Below, one piece after another: positions 50,930 through 62,494 of a stretch of DNA of 64,000 nucleotides (position 1 is its first letter; each line of letters opens with the position of its first letter). A model generated the notes under the pieces. That model had not been told where the DNA came from. It worked only from the letters and a program-made list of their open reading frames with translations, and ran no database searches. A program made the translations under genes and the position numbers. Location: positions 93,806,001 through 93,870,000 of the forward strand of contig JBNRSN020000024.1 of assembly GCA_051313645.2 (NCBI GenBank), read 5' to 3'. Source of the stretch: Centroscyllium fabricii. Lineage: Eukaryota.

Positions 50930-53900
50930 TAGTTCAAAAACAAACGCAAGGGACGAGTAGAGTAGCAGTCAGAAATTGTGCTTTAGGCACTACAAATAGA
51001 TGGAAAACTAAAAGACGTAAAGTGATTAAACCAGGAGAGAGAAATAAGGAAGTGAGAAAAACATGACAGCCGAAGGACAGGCTAGGGTGCGTGGCCCAAA
51101 TAAGCGTTCTTTATACAAACGCACAAAGTATAAGGAATAAATTGAATGAACTGCAGGCGTAAATTCAAAAGTATGGCATGGTAGCCACTACTGAAACATG
51201 GCTGCAAGGCGGTCAGGACTGGGAAGTAAATATACCAGGTTATAAGGTCTACAGGAAAGATAGGGAAAATGGCAGAGGGGGAGGAGTGGCCTTAGTAATT
51301 AAGGATGAAATCACTTTAATGATGAGAGAGGATATAATGAGAGGTAAGCAGGCAGTGGAGACTTTAAGGGTAAAATTAAGAAATCGGAAAGGATTTAAGA
51401 CTATAGTGGGAGTTGTGTATAGGCCTCCTGGTAGCAGCGGTGAAGTGCTAGATTGTATAAATGCAGAGATTAGACAAGCATGTAGTAAAGGCAGAGTGGT
51501 TTTAATGGGGGGTTTTAACTTTCATATAGATTGACATAAGCAGACTAGCACCTGTCAGAAAGGTAGTGAATTTCTTGAGTGTGTCTGGGATAGTTTGGAC
51601 AACAATATGTTCTAGAGGCAACAAGGGGGCAAGCCATATTAGATTTAATAATGAGTAATGAGACAGATTTAGTTAACAGCCTAATTGTGCGTGAACATTT
51701 ATCCAATAGCGATCATAACATGATCGAGTTCAACGTAGCGTTTGAAAGGGAGAAACATGAAACAGTTATGAAGATTCTAGATTGGGGTACGGTCAACTGG
51801 GCCAATCTATTGATGGGTAAAACAAGAGATGATCAGTGGGAGATGTTCAAAAAACAATTTAAGGTGATACAGAACCAGTTTATACCAGAGGGGCAAGTGC
51901 TCTACTTGCCAAAAAAACAGCCATGGACGACTGAAGAGGTAAGGGACAGCATAAAGCCAAATGAAAAAGCATACAAAAATGCAAAAAATAACACAGATCC
52001 TGCAAATGGGAAAGATACAAAGAACAGCAAAGGGTCACAAAACAGATAATAAGAGCTACAAAAAGGGAGTATGAAAGGAAACTTGCAAGGGATATCACAA
52101 TCAACACAACATTCTTTTACAGTTATACGTATTAGGAAAAAGAGGGTAGTCAGGAACAATGGTGGCCGCTTAAAAGCTGAAAGCGGTGATATTATCAATG
52201 ATAAGAAGGAAATAATTACTTTGCAACAGCATTTACAGTAGAGGAAGAGGACGGCATGCCAGAAATCCCAAGGAAACTAAATCAGAGACAGGGGCTCAAT
52301 AAAATTAATGTAAGTAAAACAGCAGTAATCAAGAAAATAATGGCACTAAAGCGTTACAGATCCACCGGACAAGATGGTTTCCATCCCAGGATTTTAAAGA
52401 AAGTAGGTGAGTACATTGCAGGTGCCCTAACTGTGATCTTCCAAAGTTCTCTCGATTCAGGAACCGTTCCTTTAGATTGGAAAATTGCGCATGTCACTCT
52501 GCTAGTTAAAAATGGCGAGAGAGGGAAGCCAGGGAATTATAGACCAGTTAGCCTAACATCTGTTGTCGGGAAATTGCTAGAGTCTATAATTAAGGATAGG
52601 GTGACTGAACACCCCGAAAAGTTTCAGTTGATCAGAGAGCCAGCATGGATTTCATGCCTGACAAACTGGATTGCATTTTGTGAAGCGGCGACTAAAGTAG
52701 TGGATAGGGGAATGTCTATGGATGTTATTTATATGGACTTCCAAAAGGCATTTGATAAAGTCCCACACAGAGACTGTTAACAAAGGTAGAAGCCCACGGA
52801 ATTGAGGGCAAATTATTGACCTGATTAGGAAATTGGCTGAGGGGCAGGAGACAGACAGTAGGGATAATGGGCAGCTACTCCAATCGGCAGGAGGTGACTA
52901 GTGATGTCCCGCAGCGATCTGTGATGGGGCCTCAACTATTCACAATATTTATCAACGACTTAGATGATGGCATAGAAAGTCATATATCCTAATTTGCCAA
53001 TAACACAAAGATAGGTGGCATTGTAGATGGAAGCATAAAATTACAAAGGGATCTCGACAGATTAAGTGAATGGGCAAAACTGTGGCAAATGGATTTCAGT
53101 ATAGGCAAATGTGAGGTCATCCACTTTAGACCGAAGAAGGATAGAACAGGGTACTTTCCAAATGGTGACAAGATAAAAACAGTGGAGGTCCAAAGAGACT
53201 TGGGGGGTCCAGGTACATCGATCCAAAGATGTGCGGGTTAGGTTGATTGGCCATGATAAATTGACCGGCATGATAAATAGGGCGGCACGGTGGCACAGTG
53301 ATTAGCACTGTTGTCTCACAGCACTGGAGACCCGGGTTCAAATCCAGCCTCGGGTGACTATCTGTGTGGAGTTTGCACATTCTCCCCGTGTCTGCGTGGG
53401 TATCCTCCGGGTGCTCCGGTTTCCTCCCACAGTCCAAAGATGTGCGGGTTAGGTTGATTGGCCATGATAAATTGACCCTTAGTGTTAGGGGGATTGAATA
53501 TGTGGGGTTAGGGTGGGATATGTGTCGGTGCAGGCTCGAGAGGGATATAGGGAGAGGGCAGGGGCGGGGTACTGGGTTTGGATGATCAGCCATGATCTAA
53601 TTGAATGGTGGAGCAGGCTCGAAGGGCCGAATGGCCTACTCCTGCTCCTATCTTCTATGTTTCTATGACCCTTAGTGTTAGGGGGATTGAATATGTGGGG
53701 TTACGGGGATAGGGTGGGATATGTGTCGGTGCAGGTTCGATAGGGATCGAGGGATATGGGGACAGGGCAGGGACAGGGTGCTGGGTTTGGATGATCAGCG
53801 ATGATCTCATTGAATGGCGGAGCAGGCTCGAAGGGCCGAATGGCCTACTCCTGCTCCTATCTTCTATGTTTCTATGATCATTAAAATGTCATGAACAGGT

Positions 53901-54550
53901 ACAGAAAATAATCAAAAGGCTAACGGAATGCTGGCCTTTTTGTATCTAGAGGACTAGAATACAAGGGGGCAGAAGTTATGCTCCAGCTGTACAAAACTTT
54001 GGCTATGATTCTATGACCACACCTGGAGCACTGTGAGCAATTCTGGGCACCACACCGTAGGAAGGAAATATTGGCTTTGGAGGGAGTGCAGCATAGGTTT
54101 GCTAGAATGATACCCGAATTTCAAAAGTCAAGATACGAGGAGAGATTACACAAATTATGGTGGTATTCCCTAGAACTTAGAAAGTTAAGGGGTGATCTGA
54201 TCGAGGTTTTCAAGATATTAAGGGGAACAGAGAGGGTCGAGAGAAACTATTTCCGCTGGTTGGGGATTCTAGGACTGGGGGGGGGGGGCGACCTTTCAGG
54301 AGTGAAATTAGCAAACACTTCTACACACAAAGGGTAGGTGGTGGTTGGAATTCTCTTCCGCAAATGGCAATTGATGCCAGATCAATTGATAATTTTAAAT
54401 CAGATATTGATAGATTTCTGTTAACCAAAGGTATTAAGGGAATATGGGGCAAAAGGCGGGTATATGGAGTTAGGGTACAGATCAGCCATGATCTCATTGA
54501 ATGGTGGAGCAGGCTCGAGGGGCTGAATTGCCTACTTCTGTTCCTATGAC
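50930..54550 (+). mobile_element. Decayed CR1 LINE covering most of ORF2 (APE endonuclease and RT) and the 3' tail
   Basis: TETWL, GGGVAL, VYRPP, SDHNMI, NYRPVSLTSVVGK, DFQKAFDKVPH, LRGDLIEVFKI. Tail at 54480-54549. Confidence 0.93.
53222..53876 (+). mobile_element. Full-length HE1-like V-SINE (53280-53666) nested in a 5'-truncated copy of the same SINE, inside the CR1
   Basis: The truncated copy breaks at TGACC (about 53266) and resumes at TGACCCTTAGTG (about 53666). A and B boxes and the V domain are present in the inner copy. Confidence 0.85.
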
Positions 54551-55783
54551 TCAATCAATTCAACCCTACACTGCGCACCACAGGTTGGGGAGCAGTTGGT
54601 GTGTGCGTCACTTGCAATTCTGCGCAATCTCAGACCTTAAACTCCAGCTGGACAGGAGAGACACTAACCCCAGCCTCCATTATAAAACACTGTGTCATTT
54701 TCCATCACCTGAATCCAAGTGAAATACTGTGCACTAATAGTAGCTAGGTACACCCTTAGACATCAAAGATAACCCTAAGGCAAGACTGTTACAAGATTCA
54801 GTCCATGAGTTGTCTGAGAGTGAAACTAGTAAACAGGGCTATAAAACAGTCAGCGCTCAGCTATTAATTGTTAACTTTGAACAGACTGGGACTTACTCCA
54901 AATCAAAATGTGACGTAACCTCGGATTCAAAGGCACTGTTGTTAAACAGTCTCTAGGCTACTGATCGAGATAGACAGGCCAGGTGATATACCGATTCAAT
55001 TTAGTTTCAGCAAATGGATGCAGATTGTTCAAACATTTTGAAGGTCATTTTCCCTTTTACTTCAAATAGACCACCTGGAACAGGGGGGAAAATCAAGCCC
55101 CTCGACACTGAGATCAAATGAGACAGAGTATGGTTTGAAGATTTGCTTTGTAACACTATGCAGTTGACTCCAACTGCCTATGATTATAATGGAAATGAGA
55201 ACGGTTGATACAACAGCAGATACTGTAAGTATTGCTGCAACTGGTCTCTGATTGGACTGCCTATACTGTTTGCAAATAATCAGATTCTGCAAAACATTCC
55301 GTGCAATTCTTACATTTAAAAAAATTGGTTGCAACTTTATGCCAATTTCTTCTCCACCTCCAACAGTGCTCGCACTGAAGCAGACTGGGAATCACAACTA
55401 ATCCAGCAAAGGATGTGTACAGGGTTTCCAGTTAATAGATCTTTCTACACCTATTTCTAACGAGCAGACAATTTAGCCAGTTAACAAAATGAGGGCCAAG
55501 CTTCAGAAAATGTATACTATGCTTCATGGTGAGAGAGACACAGAACAGAAAGAGAGCGGTAAACAGATAGAGATAAAGTGAGAGGCAGAGCGCGTGAGAG
55601 AGGCAGAGCGGGAAAGGGAGAGAGAGGGAGAGAGAGGCAGAGACAAAGGCAGACAGAGAGAGAGAGACACACACACACAGAGGCAGTGATAAAGAGTTAG
55701 AGGAAGAAAGAGGGAGGAAGAGAGAGAGGAAGAGAAGGAAAAGAGGGGGGAGAGAGAGGGAATAGGGGGAGAGGGAGGGGTAG

Positions 55784-56277
55784 NNNNNNNNNNNNNNNNN
55801 NNNNNNNNNNNNNNNNNNNNNNNNNNNNNNNNNNNNNNNNNNNNNNNNNNNNNNNNNNNNNNNNNNNNNNNNNNNNNNNNNNNNNNNNNNNNNNNNNNNN
55901 NNNNNNNNNNNNNNNNNNNNNNNNNNNNNNNNNNNNNNNNNNNNNNNNNNNNNNNNNNNNNNNNNNNNNNNNNNAGGGAGAGATTGGGGGGGCAGAGGGG
56001 GGAGATTGGGGGGCAGAGGGGGGAGATTGGGGGGGGCAGAGGGGGGAGATTGGGGGGGGCAGAGGGGGGGAGCAGAGNNNNNNNNNNNNNNNNNNNNNNN
56101 NNNNNNNNNNNNNNNNNNNNNNNNNNNNNNNNNNNNNNNNNNNNNNNNNNNNNNNNNNNNNNNNNNNNNNNNNNNNNNNNNNNNNNNNNNNNNNNNNNNN
56201 NNNNNNNNNNNNNNNNNNNNNNNNNNNNNNNNNNNNNNNNNNNNNNNNNNNNNNNNNNNNNNNNNNNNNNNNNNNNN
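55784..56277. other. Two assembly gaps (55784-55974 and 56078-56277)
   Basis: Runs of N. Confidence 1.
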
Positions 56278-58590
56278 GGGGGGGGATTGGGGAGGGCGGA
56301 GCGGGGGGGGATTGGGGAGGGCGGAGCGGGGGGGGATTGGGGAGGGCGGAGCGGGTGGGGATTGGGGAGGGCGGAGCGGGGGGGGATTGGGGAGGGCGGA
56401 GCGGGGGGATTGGGGAGGGCGGAGCGGGGGGAGATTGGGGAGGGCGGAGCGGGGGGAGATTGGGGAGGGCGGAGCGGGGGAGATTGGGGAGGGCGGAGCG
56501 GGGGAGATTGGGGAGGGCGGGAGCGGGGGAGATTGGGAGGGCGGAGCGGGGGAGATTGGGGAGGGCGGAGCGGGGGGAGATTGGGGAGGGCGGAGAGGGG
56601 GGAGATTGGGGAGGGCGGAGAGGGGGGAGATTGGGGAGGGCGGAGAGGGGGGAGATTGGGGGGTGCGGAGAGGGGGGAGATTGGGGGTGCGGAGAGGGGG
56701 AGATTGGGGGTGCGGAGAGGGGGGAGATTGGGGGGTGCGGAGAGGGGGAGATTGGGGGGGTGCGGAGAGGGGGGAGATTGGGGGGTGCGGAGAGGGGGGA
56801 GATTGGGGGGTGCGGAGAGGGGGAGATTGGGGGGTGCGGAGAGGGGGAGATTGGGGGGTGCGGAGAGGGGGGAGATTGGGGGGTGCGGAGAGGGGGGAGA
56901 TTGGGGGGTGCGGAGAGGGGGGAGATTGGGGGGTGCGGAGAGGGGGAGATTGGGGGGTGCGGAGAGGGGGGAGATTGGGGGGTGCGGAGAGGGGGGAGAT
57001 TGGGGGTGCGGAGAGGGGGAGATTGGGGGGGGGAGATTGGGGGGCGGAGGGGGGAGATTGGGGGGGGCGGAGAGAGGGGAGATTGGGGGGGGCGGAGAGG
57101 GGGGAGATTGGGGGGGGGGGCGGAGAGGGGGGAGATTGGGGGGGGGCGGAGAGGGGGAGATTGGGGGGGGGCGGAGAGGGGGGAGATTGGGGGGGGGGCG
57201 GAGAGGGGGGAGATTGGGGGGGGGCGGAGAGGGGGGAGATTGGGGGGGGCGGAGAGGGGGGGGGGCGAGATTGGGGGGGGGCGGAGATTGGGGGGGGGGG
57301 CGGAGATTGGGGGGGGGGGGCGGAGATTGGGGGGGGGGCGGCGGAGATTGGGGGGGGGCGGAGATTGGGGGGGGGCGGAGAGGGGGGAGATTGGGGGGGG
57401 CGGAGAGGGGGGAGATTGGGGGGGGCGGAGAGGGGGGAGATGGGGGGGGCGGAGAGGGGGGAGATTGGGGGGGGCGGAGAGGGGGGAGATTGGGGGGGGG
57501 GGAGAGGGGGGAGATTGGGGGGGGCGGGAGAGGGGGGAGATTGGGGGGGGCGGAGAGGGGGGAGATTGGGGGGGGCGGAGAGGGGGGAGATTGGGGGGGG
57601 CGGAGAGGGGGGAGATTGGGGGGGGCGGAGAGGGGGGAGATTGGGGGGGGCGGAGAGGGGGGAGATTGGGGGGGGCGGAGAGGGGGGAGATTTGGGGGGG
57701 GCGGAGAGGGGGGAGATTGGGGGGGGCGGAGAGGGGGGAGATTGGGGGGGCGGAGAGAGGGGAGGTGGTTGTGGGAGGTGGTTGTGGGGGGGGAGTGAGG
57801 GGTGAATAGGGGGGCAGGGGGGAGGAGTTGTGGGGGAGGGTGAGTTGGGGGGGAGGGTGAGTTGGGGGGGAGGGTGAGTTGGGGGGAGGGGGAGTTGTGG
57901 GGGAGGGTGAGTTGGGGGGGGGAGGGTGAGTTGTGGGGGAGGGTGAGTTGTGGGGGGGAGGGTGAGTTGTGGGGGGGAGGGTGAGTTGTGGGGGGGAGGG
58001 TGAGTTGTGGGGGGAGGGTGAGTTGTGGGGGGGAGGGTGAGTTGTGGGGGGAGGGTGAGTTGTGGGGGGAGGGTGAGTTGTGGGGGGGAGGGGGAGTTGG
58101 GGGGGGAGGGGGAGTTGGGGGGAGTTGGGGGGGAGGGGGAGTTGGGGGGAGGGGGAGTTGGGGGGGAGGGAGTTGGGGGGAGGGAGTTGGGGGGGAGGGA
58201 GTTGGGGGAGGGAGTTGGGGGGGAGGGAGTTGGGGGAGGGAGTTGGGGGGAGGGAGTTGGGGGGGAGGGAGTTGGGGGGGAGGGTGAGTTGGGGGGAGGG
58301 TGAGTTGGGGGGAGGGGGAGTTGGGGGGGGGAGATTGGGGTGAGATTGGAGGGGAGGGGGTGAGATTGGAGGGGAGAGGGAGGAGAGAGGGGGGAGCGGG
58401 GAGAGAGGAGGGGAAGAGAGGGGGAGGGGGGGGGGGAGAAGAGGGGGACAGGGGCCAGAGGGGGAAATGTGGAAGAAGGGGGAAGGGGAGAAAGAGTGGG
58501 GGGAAGAGAGTGGGAAGATGGGAGGAGAGGGGGAAGAGAGCGAGGTGACTGGAAGAGGGGAGAGAGGGGGATATTGGGGGGAGAGAGAGT
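55975..58590. repeat. Extremely G-rich low-complexity tandem array (GAGATTG(n)CGGAGAG(n), then GAGGGTGAGTTG(T)G(n))
   Basis: Directly visible. Preceded by a GA-rich tract at about 55530-55783. Confidence 0.95.
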
Positions 58591-58846
58591 CAATGCAATT
58601 CAATTCAATTCAAATTGCTTTATTGGCATGACAATATACATCTTATGTTGCCAAAGCACAGAAAAAGGACATATACAATTGAACATACAAATGCATAACT
58701 AGACATAATGAATGGATAACTATGCAAACACATAATTATATACCCGCATATGGATCTCATATGCTCTTCTTAGCTTCAGTGGTCACTGGTTGTCCCTCTG
58801 CTTATGGCAAGCTGTGACGTAGTTTGCTGCCAATTTTATACAGTCC
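58591..58846 (-). mobile_element. Second, shorter copy of the RTE-X-like LINE 3' end
   Basis: The reverse complement closely matches 23797-24051 (GGACTGTATAAAATT..CAGAGGGACAACCAGTGACCACTGAAGCTAAGAAGAGCATA..GCCAATAAAGCAATTTGAATTGAA). Confidence 0.9.
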
Positions 58847-59059
58847 GTATGAGACTAATTAGAACACTTAACAAATTGCAACTTATCTGAATAAAGAAAG
58901 CATTTTACCTCAGATTATTCCAGGCAGCATATGGCTCACTCACCGCTGTGTGCAGTCTGAATGAACTTCAAGCAAATCAGTTGAAGGACATGAGAAAAAT
59001 AACAAGAATATTCCCGAGATTCTTTTTCCAGAGAACAGTTGTTTGGAGAGGCCACTCAC

Positions 59060-59114
59060 CTTTCTCTCCAGGTAAGATGCTATCAAGCCAAAGTTTTTTG
59101 GGTGCTGAACAAAC
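59060..59114 (-). CDS. NCOR1: NCOR1 internal exon (55 nt), SANT1
   Basis: caacag|G TTT GTT CAG CAC CCA AAA AAC TTT GGC TTG ATA GCA TCT TAC CTG GAG AGA AAG|gtgagt = (K)FVQHPKNFGLIASYLERK. Phase is compatible with the upstream 179-nt exon. Not in the ORF track. Confidence 0.96.
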
Positions 59115-59907
59115 CTGTTGAAACCAGAAATCTCTCATCAGTGACACAAATAATCAGCAGAAAGGCAAAAACGTAATGAAAACTCAATGATTCTCCTCCT
59201 CAGTCAGTGTCTGGCAGAAAGCAAACTAAGTTATTCATTAACTTGCAGTTGTCATTATATTGTACTGACAGCAAAGCTGCATGAATCGTTTTAACCCATC
59301 TGTGGCAAATCAATCAAAATTGATCAATGTAAAGGGAAAAACAAAAAAGAGCGCGATGAAAAGTGAAGTCATGGCCAGTCCGGGTAACATATTTATAAGT
59401 GAACCACAAGGGTTTTCCAAGGTCACTGATAAGCCACTTCCATGGCACAACTTTAATTTCATTCCAAGTAACTGGTCTCTGAAAAGCTCCCTGGTTGCAA
59501 ATGTTCTACTTTTAAGAGGATCAATATTGAGTGGTTATAATTTTACACTCAAGACACCCACCTACCCAGAAACTCTGAGCTCTGCAAATCCTCCATTAAC
59601 TGGGAGGACCCCATTCAGTGTTATGTACCCAGACAATCGGAAAAACAGAGCTCCTGCACGAAGCAGTTCCGAGCAAGGGGTAGAAGGGGATGCTCCACTG
59701 TTGCTCAACATTTTACTATCAGAAAGCAATACAATTTATTACAGATAAAGTGCCAGTATTACAATACCAGCTGCATGAGACGACAATCTTCTGGCAATTG
59801 GGTCTGATGGTATGTGTGTGCAAGACTGGTGCAAGTATAGGAAGGCGTCTTTAATATGCAGCAAAAACTAACATGTTCAAAGGAGAATGGTGCAAGACTG
59901 TAATTAC

Positions 59908-60086
59908 TTCTCTTTGAAGATTTCCTTCTCGTGCTCAGACCAGACGTTTATGAACTGCCGCTCCTTGTACACCCTCATGGGATCGTCCATTACCCCATTC
60001 ATGTTCAAGAACTTCACCCGTCGCTGCTCAATGTCATACATCATTGGAGGGATTACAGAAAGCTGCCTCATCTGCTTCTCATTGTT
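59908..60086 (-). CDS. NCOR1: NCOR1 internal exon (179 nt), start of the deacetylase activation domain (DAD)/SANT1
   Basis: Translates NNEKQMRQLSVIPPMMYDIEQRRVKFLNMNGVMDDPMRVYKERQFINVWSEHEKEIFKE(K). Acceptor ttgcag| and donor |gtaatt on the minus strand. NNEKQ, LSVIPPMM and HEKEIFK match NCoR1 as I recall it better than NCoR2/SMRT. Confidence 0.96.
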
Positions 60087-61544
60087 CTGCAATAAACCAT
60101 TCACTGGATTTAATCCACTAGAATAACTAGCCCAGAATCTATAGTCTCACCTAATCACCTCATGATTAGACACAAACTACATCTAGTTCCTCCATCTCAC
60201 TGCCTATCCCCATGAAATGGGGTGGGGAGAGGGGGAAATATCATCGAAATTGCTGATTGCCAGCAGCAGCCAGGAAGGGCTCATTAATACTGTACACAGC
60301 TGATTCTCTGTGCTGCCGCCAGGTATAGTGATGGTTCTGGAAATAATGGCTGCGTTTCAGCATGACTTGTAATGCAGGACCTCAATTCCAGTAAATTAGA
60401 GACATCAGTGGGATTGGGATTCCCCAAGGCAAGAGGGATAGGTTTCTGCTGAGTTTGGTGAACTCTGGTGTGTTCCTTGCAACGACTCCAGTACAACTGC
60501 TGGTTGCATATAGACTGCTGCCACTGTGCGTCAGAAGACGAATTCCCAATCCCAGCTGCGTTATCCAGGGCTAAGAACTGGGAGCCTGAACCAATCTACC
60601 CTATTCTAGAACATATCCCTCAGTGGCCAACTCCAAAGTCCAATAGCAGTGCGGAAATTTTTAGTAAGCCAAGTAGATGCCAATAAATATGATCCTGGAA
60701 AGGTATCCAGAACAAAGCAACAATTACAGAGAACACATGCCGTGCCTGAGCACCAGCAATGCGACCAATAAACGGTAGCGTGTCTGTATTAATGGGTGAA
60801 ATGTTGGTACAAGCTGGATTTGTCTGCTTTAATGGATGAAATGCTTGGAGGAACACCTGACCTCCTGTTCGGAAAGTCCATCAATGATTTCAGAAATCTC
60901 ATGCTCGCTCCTGGCTATAGTTGCTGGAAGCCCAGCTCCTCTCTGTCCAACCCTGAAAATATTTTAAAAGAGTCATTAGAAATTTTACAAACAGCCATTT
61001 CAAACTATGATATACAACATGTTACATGATACAGGATGCAGCAGAGTTAAAATAGATTCACCCTCTTCCAAAGAAAAACAAATATTTCTACACCATGGCG
61101 CTAATCACAGGGACTTGTAACTCCTGGGCATTCCAATCCCAATTTAATATCAGCATCCACTTTAAGGAAACTTCTTGGGAAATTATGCAACAGGAAGGAT
61201 TGGGATGTTCTACACTGTTTTAAAGCACCCTGCGTTATTACATCACTGAACAAGTAGTGAGGATTTGAGGCATTACTCTGTCTAGAGCACGCTTTAACAT
61301 TACAGGCTGGATCTTCTGTCCATTGACTACAAATGGGTAAGAATCTAGGCCTAAATCATTGAATGATTTGGTGGTGTGAAGCACAAACAGGATTGAGAAC
61401 CGGATGTTCTTTGGGCTACAAGTGTCTCAGATCTGGAGGTCACACAGGGATCAATGTGCAATCTGGGAGATGTATGAAGGTTGTCTCTATTGGATAAACA
61501 GATCATTTGTGTTTTTCAGTGATGCAGTTTGGGGAGGGGAGTAC

Positions 61545-62010
61545 AATCACAAAATCATCTGTGCCGGCTCTTGAAGAGCAACCCAGTTAGTCCCACTCCC
61601 GCGCTCTTCCCTCATAACCCTGCAATTTTGTCTCGTTCAAGTATTTATCCAATTCCCTTTTGAAGGCAACTATTCCAAATCCTGAACACTTGCTGCGTAA
61701 AAAAGATTCTCCTCATGTCGCCTCTGGTTCTTTTGCCAATCACCTTAAATCTGTGCCCTCTGGTTATCGACCCTTCAGCCATTGGGAACAGTTTATCTTT
61801 ACTCTATCTGTAACTCCATGATTTTAAACACCTCTATTAAAACTCCACTTAGTCTTCTCTGCTCCAAGGAGAACAACCCCAGCTTCTCCAGTCAATCCAC
61901 GTAACTGTAATCCCTCAACCCTGGAACCATTCTAGCAAATCTCCTCTGTACCCTCTCCAAAGCCTTCACATCCTTCGTAAAGTGTGGTGCCCAGAATTGG
62001 ACAGCATAAC
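61545..62010 (-). mobile_element. CR1 LINE 3' end
   Basis: Matches the minus-strand CR1 at 47.4-47.8 kb (ctctgctccaaggagaacaaccccagc, gtggtgcccagaattggacag). Confidence 0.85.
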
Positions 62011-62494
62011 ATCCTTACAACGATTTTGAGGATAAACGTTCAAAATTATAATAGCTTCCAAGATTTTGTAACCCTCAGTAGTAATTTACAAGCCTTGAGT
62101 AGTAAACCAGAGACAGAACTGCCATGTGTCACCAAAGCAGTGAATGATTTAATTGTGTTTCTGTTCAGGACATAGAACTGCAAGATGACGACTGCACCCA
62201 ACAGCCTCTTAACCACAACCAGTCAGCCGCATCCCAGACAACATGTCACTAACCGGACCAATCACACTATACTTACCTCTACAACCAACATTCACAAGCT
62301 GCAAATTTGTGTCTGGCAGCATTGCCTTTGTGTAATCCAGCCTAGTTACACACACTGAGCTCCCTCAGTGTAATATTCTAATAACAAACACTAGCCATAA
62401 GAACATAAGAATTAGAAGGATTAGGACATTCGACCCCTCGAGTCCGCTCCACCATTCAATAAGATCATGGATGATATTCGACCTCAACTCCACT

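Noticed and set aside
55432-58603. Extensin- or formin-like Pro-rich and Gly-rich ORFs
   Set aside because: Low-complexity G/C tract spanning assembly gaps.
59281-59748. 155-aa ORF antisense in the short NCOR1 intron
   Set aside because: No recognisable motif, and compatible with a chance ORF.
59908-60086. Assignment to NCOR2/SMRT
   Set aside because: Diagnostic residues (NNEKQ, LSVIPPMM, IASYLERK, RRNYG, QISRPSQEEK) fit NCoR1 as I recall it. A phylogeny would confirm this.
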